Part shown: piece by piece, positions 51,520-60,105 of the stretch | Layout of the letters: each line of letters begins with the position of its first letter | Numbering within the stretch: the first letter of the stretch is position 1 | Source: Acidimicrobiia bacterium | GTDB lineage: Bacteria > Actinomycetota > Acidimicrobiia > Spongiisociales > UBA11373 | Reading direction: 5' to 3' | Assembly: GCA_041551965.1 (NCBI GenBank) | Contig: JBFELU010000005.1 | Coordinates: 188 to 64,187 of the forward strand | DNA: 64,000 nucleotides | Translations under genes and position numbers: made by a program | Notes under the pieces: generated by a model | Databases searched by the model: none | The model's input: the letters and a program-made list of their open reading frames with translations, nothing else | Told to the model about the DNA's origin: nothing

Positions 51520-52727
51520 GCCGCCACCTCCTCGATGGGGATCTGCTCGTCATCGCCGCCCGCCAAGCGGCGAACCGTCACCATGCCTTCGTTCCACTCC
51601 TCCCCGACCACGGCCACCCCCCGCGCTCCCCGCCGATCGGCGGCCTTGAACTGGGCTCGCAGCGACCGCTCTCCGAGGTCGAGGTCGGCCCGCACGCCGG
51701 CGGCCCGCAACGAGGAAACCAGGTTCAGCGCCTCGGCCCGGAGTCCCTCGACGGCGACCGTCACGAACAGGTCGAGATCGTCTCCCCCGACCTCGGGCAT
51801 CGCCGCCGTGATCCGGTCGACACCCATGGCGAGACCGACCGCCGGAACGGCCTTGCCGCCGATGATCTCGGCGAGCGGGTCGTAACGCCCCCCTCCCCCG
51901 AGGGAATCCTGGGCGGCGTCGTAGGTCGCCGCCACGTACTCGAACACCGTCCGGTTGTAGTAGTCGAGTCCTCGCACCAGACGGGGTGCGATCTCGTAGG
52001 CGATGCCGCGCCGTTCCAGCCCGGCCCGAACCGCGATGAAGTGCGCCGCGGCCGCTTCGCCGAGATGATCGATCGGGGCCGGGGCATCGGCGACCACCTC
52101 GGCATCGGCCTTGCTGTCGAGGACCCGCAGGGGATTGGTGCCCACCCGGCGGCGGGCATCGGGCGACAGCCGGTCGATGCGCTCGGTCAAGAACGCCGCC
52201 AGCAGGTCGCGGTAGGCGGTCCGGTCGGCCGGATCCCCGATCGAGTTGAGCAGCACGGTCACGTCCGTGATGCCCACCCTGTCGAGGAGCCGATACCCGA
52301 AGTCGATCACCTCGACGTCGGCGTCGGGCGACGGCTCGGCCAGGTACTCCACGCCGACCTGGAAGAACTGGCGGCGCCGACCGGCCTGCGGCTGTTCGTA
52401 CCGGAACATCGGGCCGGCATACGCCCCCTTGAAGACCCCTTGGCCCCCCTCCTGGAGGTAGGCCCGCACCACCGAGGCGGTCGCCTCGGGGCGCAGGGTG
52501 AGGGAGCGGTCGCCCTTGTCGGTGAAGGTGTACATCTGCTTCTCGACGACCTCGGTTTCCTCCCCGACGCCCCTGGCGAACAGTTCGGTGGCCTCGAAGA
52601 CGGGGGTCAGGGTGAGCCCGTAGCCCCACTGCTCGGCCATCTCGTCGAACACGCGCAGCAGCGCCCGCCACCGTCTCGAGGCGGGAGGGAGGATGTCGTC
52701 GGTGCCCTTGGGGGCGCGAGGGATCAT
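51501..52727 (-). CDS. hisS: histidyl-tRNA synthetase
   Basis: Class IIa motifs and anticodon-binding domain; 408 aa. Confidence 0.9.
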   Translation of the reverse strand: MIPRAPKGTDDILPPASRRWRALLRVFDEMAEQWGYGLTLTPVFEATELFARGVGEETEVVEKQMYTFTDKGDRSLTLRPEATASVVRAYLQEGGQGVFKGAYAGPMFRYEQPQAGRRRQFFQVGVEYLAEPSPDADVEVIDFGYRLLDRVGITDVTVLLNSIGDPADRTAYRDLLAAFLTERIDRLSPDARRRVGTNPLRVLDSKADAEVVADAPAPIDHLGEAAAAHFIAVRAGLERRGIAYEIAPRLVRGLDYYNRTVFEYVAATYDAAQDSLGGGGRYDPLAEIIGGKAVPAVGLAMGVDRITAAMPEVGGDDLDLFVTVAVEGLRAEALNLVSSLRAAGVRADLDLGERSLRAQFKAADRRGARGVAVVGEEWNEGMVTVRRLAGGDDEQIPIEEVAAWATSP

Positions 52728-53374
52728 GATCGGAATACCTGGAGGAAGGGGTTGGCCGCCAGCTCCCGGGCGATGGTAGTGGCCGGCCCGTGGCCGGGAA
52801 AGACGTCGGCTTCGGGGGGGAGCCCGATGATGTGCCGCTCCATCGAGTGCATCAAGGTCTCGAAGTCACCGCCCGGCAGGTCGGTGCGCCCGATCGATCC
52901 GGCGAACAGCTGATCTCCGCTGAACAGGACACCCTCGGAGGGCACCCAGAAGCAGCAGTGGCCCGGGGTGTGACCCGGAGTGTGGAGCACTTCGATGTCC
53001 AACCCGGCCGACTCCAACCGCTGCCCGTCGGCGAGCGCCTCGTAGCGGTCCGGCGGGGCGTAGTCGCCGGGGAAGGCCATCCCGAAGAGCATCCGCATCT
53101 GTCCCTCCGGGTCCATGGCGAGGTAGTCGTCGTCCGGATGGAGGTAGGCGCTGATGGCATAGCGGGCGACCACCGCCCCGGCCCCGCCGACGTGGTCGAT
53201 GTGGCCGTGAGTGGCCAGCAGCGCAACCGGGGTGACACCGGACCGGCGCACCAGGTCGGCGACGGCTCCGGGATCCGGCGGAGCGTCGACGATGATCGCC
53301 TCACCACCCGGCTCGGTGGCGACGACGTAGGTGTTGGTGGCGGCCGCCCACAGGGCGGCGGCGAACATCTGCAC
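52724..53374 (-). CDS. MBL-fold metallo-hydrolase (glyoxalase II-like)
   Basis: HGHIDHVGG and HTPGHTPGH zinc-binding motifs; 216 aa. Confidence 0.8.
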   Translation of the reverse strand: MQMFAAALWAAATNTYVVATEPGGEAIIVDAPPDPGAVADLVRRSGVTPVALLATHGHIDHVGGAGAVVARYAISAYLHPDDDYLAMDPEGQMRMLFGMAFPGDYAPPDRYEALADGQRLESAGLDIEVLHTPGHTPGHCCFWVPSEGVLFSGDQLFAGSIGRTDLPGGDFETLMHSMERHIIGLPPEADVFPGHGPATTIARELAANPFLQVFRS

Positions 53375-53398
53375 CGGCGTCAGACTAGGGCTCGGTCG

Positions 53399-54793
53399 CT
53401 AGAGCTCGGCCCAGTCCACGACGATCGGGACGTCCTGAGTGGCTCGAAACGGGCTGGGCACCGGGCCACTGTTGTCCACGGTCGGGTTGCCGCTCCAGTC
53501 GGACTCGTGGACGTAGTCCTCGGCGCTGTCGCAGGAATCCCCGATGATGAAGGCTCCTTCGACGATGCTGCTGGCGCCGTTGATCTTGAGTTGCTCCTGC
53601 ACGGCCATGATGCCGGAGAGATCCGGGTTCCCCGAGATCTCGAGATCCCGGTCGACGCCCAGGAGCAAGTTGCGGGTGTTGGGATAGGGCACCATGGTCG
53701 GATTGCCGCTGATGCTCAGGTCGCCCCCGACCTTGTCCGGACAGGTACCCGACCCGGCGACCAACAAGGTGACCTGCCAAGGAGCACCCACCGATCCCGG
53801 GGAGGCCCCGATCGTCACCGATCCCTCGTGGAAGTAATAGACGCCGTCGAAGGGAATGTCGTTGTCGTAGACCCACTTCGCGCCAAGCCTCGAATCGCAG
53901 CATCCGTTGTACTTCCAGCTGCGGAACGGCGAGGTCTGCGTATCGGTGTCGAGGGTGGCTCCCGAACATGGCACGCTGGTCACCGTGCCGCCCATCGTCG
54001 GGTGAGCCGGGCCGGCACGCACCCGGCCATCGGGACACATGTCGTACTCACTGAGCGACCACAGCGATCGAATGTCGATGATCGGAAGCAGAACCGTCGC
54101 CTGCCCACCGGGCATTGCGCACCCGGGCGCCTGCGAGTAGGAACCGGAAACCGACACTGCGCCCGAGGCGCTGATGCAACTTTGGATGAAGCTGCTGCCT
54201 CCAATGGAGAGGTCGCCGTTTGCATGGATGCCGACCGAAGAGCCGCTGGCCACGGTGGGGTTTCCCTTGAAGGCGAGATTCCCGCCCGAAAGCACGGCGT
54301 AGGCGGCGTTCCACCCGCCCACCTCCGACGACAGCCCGATCCGCCCCCTCACCGCCCTGACCCGGCGGTCCGGCGCCGACCGGGTGGGGACGTAGCCGAC
54401 CGAGTACACGACCTCACTGTTGAACGGCCGGATGACCATGAACTCGCCGCCCGGCACCTGCCCCAGGTCGGAGGGCGAGCGAGCATCCGCGGCCGCCACC
54501 ACCCATTTCCGCTCGGTGTCCGAATCCGGGAAGGGGTGAGGCGCCGTCTCGCCCGTCGTGTACGACTCGTCGGCGTTGGCGAGATCCAGGCCGACGTCCA
54601 GGCCTGCTTCGGCAACCGCCAGGGTGAGCTCCCACTCCGAATCGACGTGGACACTCTGTGACTGGACCAGGGACCGAAACGCCACCACCGACGTGAGGAG
54701 AATGAGAGAGAAGCCGAGCAGCAGCACCGTGGCGACGGCGATCCCTCGCTCGTCCCGAATGACCCGCCGAATGGCCTTCCCCGAGGGTTTCAT
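53399..54793 (-). CDS. large Cys-rich membrane-anchored extracellular protein with TadG-like N-terminus (module B, gene 3)
   Basis: N-terminal RDERG plus hydrophobic anchor (IAVATVLLLGFSLILL) with no Glu at +5. Repeated SGNPT motifs and 10 Cys. Paralog of 56775-58151 (shared VGYVPTR, DxRSxWxxSEYDxCPxGRVxAGPxHPT, C-terminal VPxVxxWxEL). ATGA-coupled to the upstream gene. Confidence 0.6.
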   Translation of the reverse strand: MKPSGKAIRRVIRDERGIAVATVLLLGFSLILLTSVVAFRSLVQSQSVHVDSEWELTLAVAEAGLDVGLDLANADESYTTGETAPHPFPDSDTERKWVVAAADARSPSDLGQVPGGEFMVIRPFNSEVVYSVGYVPTRSAPDRRVRAVRGRIGLSSEVGGWNAAYAVLSGGNLAFKGNPTVASGSSVGIHANGDLSIGGSSFIQSCISASGAVSVSGSYSQAPGCAMPGGQATVLLPIIDIRSLWSLSEYDMCPDGRVRAGPAHPTMGGTVTSVPCSGATLDTDTQTSPFRSWKYNGCCDSRLGAKWVYDNDIPFDGVYYFHEGSVTIGASPGSVGAPWQVTLLVAGSGTCPDKVGGDLSISGNPTMVPYPNTRNLLLGVDRDLEISGNPDLSGIMAVQEQLKINGASSIVEGAFIIGDSCDSAEDYVHESDWSGNPTVDNSGPVPSPFRATQDVPIVVDWAEL

Positions 54794-55326
54794 GGCATGT
54801 TCCTGAGCGAGACGTCGAATTCCATGGATCGATCACCACCCCCGTCCACCGCCACGGGAGATTCCAGGCGGATGGTTGCCGTCCGAATGTCCTGAGGCGA
54901 CGACGAGCTGTACGTGAAACCCGAGGCCGCCGGATCGAGACCGCCGACCACCGTCACGCTGCCGCCGTTGTCGGTCAGGCGGGCCAGCGAGCCGTCATCG
55001 AGGAGCGCCCAGGACACTCGTTCACCGGTGTCCTGGATCCCATCCCAATCTGCGTCGAGCCACACGGTCATGGTGAGCGGCGACGCCACCACGAAACCCC
55101 GGGCCTCGCGAACATCCCGGGTGATCCTCTGCCTCACCTGCCGCAGCGTGACCAGCGCCGCGTCATCGGCTTCATGGAGGCGATCCACTCGGGTCACCCC
55201 GACGAAGAAGGTAGTGAGCATGGTGGCGATCACCGCCAGCCCGGCCAACGAGATCCCGAGCTCCACGAGGGTCATGCCGCCGTCTCCCGACGGCGCCAGC
55301 CTCCTCAGCGCGGCGATGCGCCTCAT
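54790..55326 (-). CDS. TadE-like pseudopilin / prepilin-type protein (module B, gene 2)
   Basis: Leader ...SGDGG|MTLVELGISLAGLAVIA with Glu at +5. Paralog of 58148-58705 (shared DVREARxF and terminal DVSLRNxP). ATG at 55324-55326 overlaps the upstream stop. Confidence 0.6.
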   Translation of the reverse strand: MRRIAALRRLAPSGDGGMTLVELGISLAGLAVIATMLTTFFVGVTRVDRLHEADDAALVTLRQVRQRITRDVREARGFVVASPLTMTVWLDADWDGIQDTGERVSWALLDDGSLARLTDNGGSVTVVGGLDPAASGFTYSSSSPQDIRTATIRLESPVAVDGGGDRSMEFDVSLRNMP

Positions 55327-56723
55327 GAGCACACCGACCCCACCGCTTCCGGCTGGAGACCTTGGAGGATCTGCGAGGCCGGCAGCAGGTTGGCCGGGTA
55401 TTCCACCCAGGAACCGCCGCTGAACTCGACTGTGCCGAGATTTCCCTCACCACCCGCGATGATCGCCCCATGCCAGGCCGCGCCCCCCGAGAGGAGGACT
55501 CCCCCGTATGGTGCGTAGGCCACCCCCTGGGCGTACCCCACGCTGCTCCCCGTCAATTTGAGCGCCGTGTCGGTGACACCGAACGAGATAGCTCCACCGG
55601 AGGTGGGGGACTCGGACCCGTAGTCGGTCACGATGTACTCGGTGCCGCCACTGAACTCGATCAGCACATCGGAGACGAAGAATGCGGCGTCGGTCGTGAC
55701 GGTCGGACCCCCCTGGAGCTTGAGTGAACCGGTGGCGTAGATTGGTCCGGAGCCGTTGATGGTGACGTTCCCTTCCACCACGAGGGAGCCTTCGATGTAG
55801 ATGGGGGCCGTGACGGTGGTGTCCTTGAACCGCTGATTGCCGTAGAGGATGGTTCCCGCCCTCGCCTGGTCCCGAAGATCGGCCCGCCAAACCTCGATCT
55901 CCTCAGTGGTGGGCAGGTCCACCGGTGTGCCGGCGTTCTGCTCCAAGATCCCGTGCACGTTGTCGGAATTGACGCTTGCGGTACCCCCGACGATCAGATT
56001 GCCGTCGACGGTGGCATCGTTGTTTCCGAAATTCCCGTTGGCGAGCACGTCGGCGGCATGGGTCCCCGAGGGCGTGCTGATGGTGTAGCCGGGATGCAGA
56101 TCGATATCTCCCGCCGCCATGATCGCAGCATCCGGGAAAGCCGATCCGGCAGTGGCGGAGGCGGTTCCGGCCGAGATGGTGGAGATCAAGGTTCCGGTGT
56201 GATAGGTGCGCGTTCCGACTTCCCCGTTCCACTCGACGAGGACGTACACCCTCCTCAGGGTCGCCGAAGGCTGAGTCACGTAGGTCCACGTCGTGAACTG
56301 GATGTCCTGGATGGTGGCGTCGACTCGGGGCGCAAGCACCCCACTCTCACAGGTGCGCAGGCTCTCATCGGCGGGAAGGCCGGTGGGTTCCGCCAATAGG
56401 ACCTCGCGGTCTGAATCGATGAGCGGCGCATCCGGGTCGATCTCGCTCAACGCCAGCCCCTCCCAACCGAGGCTTCGGGCGAGTTCGAGTCGTTCCAGAC
56501 CGAGACCGGTCGCTTCCTGGCGGAACCGGTTCTCCCTCGACCCACTCAGCGCACCACGGAGCGTGCCCGAGAAGGCGAGCACCAACATCATGGCCAGCAG
56601 CACCGCCACCGAAAGCTCCACGAGGCCGAACCCGGCCTCGGCGGTCGGCGGGACGGGGTGTCTTCGCACCCCCAACCGACGGCCGACGCCTGCTTCGTTG
56701 GGGACGCCATTGGGTCCGCTCAT
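55323..56723 (-). CDS. large prepilin-like protein with Gly/Val/Thr-rich repetitive C-terminal region (module B, gene 1)
   Basis: Prepilin motif AEAG|FGLVELSVAVLLAMMLV (Glu at +5), then a ~400-aa region of repeats (GSLVVEGNVTINGSGPIYATGSLKLQGG...). Paralog of 58702-60024. Start ambiguous among in-frame ATGs at 56771, 56741 and 56723; 56723 is preferred because GGTGGAAG lies upstream. Confidence 0.55.
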   Translation of the reverse strand: MSGPNGVPNEAGVGRRLGVRRHPVPPTAEAGFGLVELSVAVLLAMMLVLAFSGTLRGALSGSRENRFRQEATGLGLERLELARSLGWEGLALSEIDPDAPLIDSDREVLLAEPTGLPADESLRTCESGVLAPRVDATIQDIQFTTWTYVTQPSATLRRVYVLVEWNGEVGTRTYHTGTLISTISAGTASATAGSAFPDAAIMAAGDIDLHPGYTISTPSGTHAADVLANGNFGNNDATVDGNLIVGGTASVNSDNVHGILEQNAGTPVDLPTTEEIEVWRADLRDQARAGTILYGNQRFKDTTVTAPIYIEGSLVVEGNVTINGSGPIYATGSLKLQGGPTVTTDAAFFVSDVLIEFSGGTEYIVTDYGSESPTSGGAISFGVTDTALKLTGSSVGYAQGVAYAPYGGVLLSGGAAWHGAIIAGGEGNLGTVEFSGGSWVEYPANLLPASQILQGLQPEAVGSVCS

Positions 56724-56774
56724 GCTTCCACCGTCGACCATTATCTGTAGTGACTTGACTACTTTCCGCATTCT

Positions 56775-58151
56775 CTACAGTTCCCCCCAGGCCATCACCA
56801 CCGGGACCGTGTTGGACCCGGCGAACGGTGAGGCGATCGGCCCGCTGTTGCTGATGGTGGCGTTCCCCGAGATGTCGGTGACGTCGACCCAGTCGTTGGA
56901 GGAGTCGCAGGCCCCCTCCGCCAGCCAGGCGGTCTCCACCCCCTCCGGATGGCCGATGTTGCGAATCTGCTCGTGGACGGCGACGATCCCGGTGAGGTTG
57001 GGGCCGCCGGAGATCTCGAGATCCCGTCCGACGGCGATCAAGAGATTCTGGGCGTCGGGATCGGGCGCCATCGACGGGCTGCCGCTGATCTCCACGTCTC
57101 CACCGACGATCTCGGGGCAGGCGCCGATCCCCTCGGTGACGATCGTCACCTCCCAGGGATCGGCCGGCGACCCCGGGCTCGACGCCAGGTCGACCGACCC
57201 CTGATAGACGTAGTAGACGCCGTCGTAGGCGGCCTGACTCACGTAGCGCCAGTCGGCGCCCAGCTTGGCGTCGTAGCCGTCCCAGATCCATCCGTGGTAG
57301 GGGGTGAGGGCGGCGTCGACCTCCAGGGTCGACCCGGTGCACGGTGTGTTGCCCACGGTGTGACCGTGGGTGGGATGGGATGGCCCCGCCTTGACCCGCC
57401 CTCCGGGGCACAGGTCGTACTCACTGCGCACCCAGAACGAGCGCACGTCGACGACGGGGACCTCGACCGGAGCCTGGATGCCGGGGGCGCCACAGCCGGG
57501 GTCCTGGGCGATGGAACCGGTCACGTTGGCCCCGTCGGAGGCGCTGAGACACCCGTCCACGAACAAGTTGCCCCGTACGTCGAGGAACCCGTTGGCGTGC
57601 ACGCCGACGGTGGCCCCGCTGATGATGGTGGGGTTGCCGCCCATCTCCAGCTGGTCACCTGCGAGCAGCGCATAGCGGGCCAGCCAACTCCCGTTGATGG
57701 TGGCGTCGCCGATGCGGGCTCCCACCACCCGGACCCGGCGAGTCTCGGCGGCCCGGGTGGGCACGTACCCGACGGCGAAAACCATCTCGGTGTTGCTGGG
57801 CCGCACGACCACGTACTCCCCCAGCGGCGTCGTCCGCAGGTCGATCGACCCGCGAGCATCGGCGGCCGCCACCATCCAGACCCGGGCATCCTCGTTGCCG
57901 GCGAACGAGTCGGGAAGGACCTCGCCGGTCGTGAAAGCATCGTCCTCGGCGACCGCCACCAGGCCCTCGTCGAGGCCAGACTCGGCCACTTGGAGCGCCT
58001 GTTCCCACCCGGCGTCGGACAACGTGGTGTTCGACTGGCGCAGCGACCGCACCACCACCACCGACGAGAGCATCACGATCGACAAACCGAGGATGAGCAC
58101 CGCCGCCACCGCCAACCCCCGTTCGCCGCGCAGCAGGTGCCGCAGTCTCAT
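56775..58151 (-). CDS. large Cys-rich membrane-anchored extracellular protein with TadG-like N-terminus (module A, gene 3)
   Basis: Start MRLRHLLRGERGLAVAAVLILGLSIVML at ATG 58149-58151, overlapping the upstream stop. Paralog of 53399-54793; the track's longer N-terminal extension is rejected. Confidence 0.6.
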   Translation of the reverse strand: MRLRHLLRGERGLAVAAVLILGLSIVMLSSVVVVRSLRQSNTTLSDAGWEQALQVAESGLDEGLVAVAEDDAFTTGEVLPDSFAGNEDARVWMVAAADARGSIDLRTTPLGEYVVVRPSNTEMVFAVGYVPTRAAETRRVRVVGARIGDATINGSWLARYALLAGDQLEMGGNPTIISGATVGVHANGFLDVRGNLFVDGCLSASDGANVTGSIAQDPGCGAPGIQAPVEVPVVDVRSFWVRSEYDLCPGGRVKAGPSHPTHGHTVGNTPCTGSTLEVDAALTPYHGWIWDGYDAKLGADWRYVSQAAYDGVYYVYQGSVDLASSPGSPADPWEVTIVTEGIGACPEIVGGDVEISGSPSMAPDPDAQNLLIAVGRDLEISGGPNLTGIVAVHEQIRNIGHPEGVETAWLAEGACDSSNDWVDVTDISGNATISNSGPIASPFAGSNTVPVVMAWGEL

Positions 58152-58705
58152 GGGACGTTCCTCAGAGAGACCTCGGTATCGAGGGTTCGGGTCCCACCCA
58201 CCCCGGCGGCATCGTCGACCGCCGCCACCAGGTGGACGTCGATCATGGTGGCGTAATCGGGGTGGGTGCTGTCGTAGGAGAAGGCAGACAGGTCGACCAG
58301 CAACCCCTGGGCCTCGAGGCGGTTGGCACCGTCGGTCGACCGGAAGAGGGCGCCGTCGGTGTTGATCCCCCACGTGACCAACTCGCCGACATCGATCACG
58401 TCGTCCCATTGCTCGTCGATCCACACCGTGAATCCGAACCGACCGATGGCGGTGAAGCGGCGGGCCTCCCGCACATCCCGGCTCAATCGCGCTCTTGCGT
58501 CGCGAATCTGCTCGAGGGCCGTGTCGTCGGCCTTGTGGAGATCCTCGACGGCGGTGGCGCTCACGAAGAAGGACATCATGGTCATCGAGATGATCCCCAG
58601 TCCGACCATGGCGATGCCCAGCTCCACCACCGTCGCCCCGGTCTCGTCACGACGCCACCGGGCGCAGCACCGCCTCGCCGCCCGGAGAAGGACCCGCCCG
58701 ATCAT
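58148..58705 (-). CDS. TadE-like pseudopilin (module A, gene 2)
   Basis: Leader MIGRVLLRAARRCCARWRRDETG|ATVVELGIAMV matches the TadE/TadF RRDERG-AxxVEF-type N-terminus with Glu at +5. ATG at 58703-58705 overlaps the upstream stop. Confidence 0.6.
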   Translation of the reverse strand: MIGRVLLRAARRCCARWRRDETGATVVELGIAMVGLGIISMTMMSFFVSATAVEDLHKADDTALEQIRDARARLSRDVREARRFTAIGRFGFTVWIDEQWDDVIDVGELVTWGINTDGALFRSTDGANRLEAQGLLVDLSAFSYDSTHPDYATMIDVHLVAAVDDAAGVGGTRTLDTEVSLRNVP

Positions 58706-60024
58706 CCGCAGGGGCTCTCCGAAACGGTGGGCCGCAGCCCGTTGAACAGCGTGGTGGTGGGGACGAGGTTGGCCGGGTAGTCGACCCAGGCACCGCCCCC
58801 CATGTCGACGTCGCCGCTTCCGTCCCCCATGGCGACGAGGGCCCCGTGCCACGGCAGGGTGCCGGTGAGTTGGATGCCGCCGTAGGGGGCGAAGGCGACG
58901 CCCTGCGCGGTGGCCGGCGCTCCTCCCACGAGCTTGATGGCGATGTTGGACGAGCTCAACGAGATCACCCCGGCAGACCCGAGCTCACCGACGTGGAGTT
59001 GGCTCCCCGACCGGAAGTCGACCTGTCCTTCGGCGACCAGGCGGGCCGCCGCCGACGTCACCGAGGCTCCGGTCTCGAGCACGATCGAACCGGTGGCGTA
59101 GAGGGGACCGGACCCCGCGATCGTGACGTTCCCGGCAAAGGCCACGCTCCCGTCGACGTAGAGCGGGGCGGTGACGGTCGTCTCGGTGAAGACCTGATTC
59201 CCGATCAGCGAAGCGCCGGCCTGAGCGTCGGCGACCATCCCCGCCTCCCAGGCGCTCAGGGTCGCCTGATCCGGGACGTTGACCGGTGACCCGGCGTTCT
59301 GCTCGATGTTTCCATGGACGTTGGCGGGGTTGACCGTCACCGTCCCCCCGGCCACGATGCTCCCGTCGACCACCGCATCGAGGTTGGAGAAGCTGGCGTT
59401 GAGCCAGATCGAGGCGCTGTGGGCCGTGGTCGGGTTGCTCGAGGTATAACCCGGGTACAAAGCCACGTTGCCGGTGGCCAGGATCGCCCCTTCGGGGAAT
59501 ATCGGCTGTTCGATCGCTTCGGCGCCGCGAGCCGAGACGATCGAGACCAGGGAATCGGACCGGTAGTGATAGGAGCTCCCCTCGATCTCCCACGCCACCA
59601 GCACGTAGACCCGGCGAAGGGAGTCGCTCACGTGGGTGACGTAGGTCCTCGTGGTGAAGGGAACCTGCCCGACCGTCTCCGTGGTGACCGGGGCCAGGAT
59701 CCCCGTCGGGCACTCGAGCACCGCCTCGTCCTCGTCCAGGCCGCTCACCGAAGCCGGGAGCACCCCGTCGGTGATCCACGGGTCCTGCGGATCGATGCCC
59801 GCCATCGCCAGTTGATCCCACTCCAGGCTCCGCGCATGCTCGAACGTCGCCATGGCAACCGCAGTCGCCTCTTGACGGAATCGATTCATGCGAGAGCCGG
59901 TGAGGGCGCTCCGGAGTGAGCTGCTGGCGGCGACCATGATGATCACCGCGATCACCATGGCCACGCTCAGCTCGACCAGCGTGAAGCCCTCTTCACCCGA
60001 CCGGCGGGTTGCCGCGTTGAACAC
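58702..60024 (-). CDS. large prepilin-like protein with Gly/Val/Thr-rich repetitive C-terminal region (module A, gene 1)
   Basis: MFNAATRRSGEEG|FTLVELSVAMVIAVIIMV canonical prepilin cleavage/methylation motif; repeats (GSVAFAGNVTIAGSGPLYATGSIVLETG...); 440 aa. GTG start preceded by AGGGGG. Confidence 0.65.
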   Translation of the reverse strand: MFNAATRRSGEEGFTLVELSVAMVIAVIIMVAASSSLRSALTGSRMNRFRQEATAVAMATFEHARSLEWDQLAMAGIDPQDPWITDGVLPASVSGLDEDEAVLECPTGILAPVTTETVGQVPFTTRTYVTHVSDSLRRVYVLVAWEIEGSSYHYRSDSLVSIVSARGAEAIEQPIFPEGAILATGNVALYPGYTSSNPTTAHSASIWLNASFSNLDAVVDGSIVAGGTVTVNPANVHGNIEQNAGSPVNVPDQATLSAWEAGMVADAQAGASLIGNQVFTETTVTAPLYVDGSVAFAGNVTIAGSGPLYATGSIVLETGASVTSAAARLVAEGQVDFRSGSQLHVGELGSAGVISLSSSNIAIKLVGGAPATAQGVAFAPYGGIQLTGTLPWHGALVAMGDGSGDVDMGGGAWVDYPANLVPTTTLFNGLRPTVSESPCG

Positions 60025-60105
60025 CAGCCCCCTAGGGGTCGACCCCAGGAGTATCGACCACTCTTCGTAGTCTCTTGAGCCACCTGTAGTGGCGATCGAG
60101 ACGGA

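Noticed and set aside
58706-58852. N-terminal 49 residues (MARGPRRHGGRKRRRR...) of the module-A TadE-like ORF
   Set aside because: Arg-rich, overlaps the upstream gene's 3' end. The TadE-like leader begins at the internal ATG (58705), which is exactly stop-start coupled.
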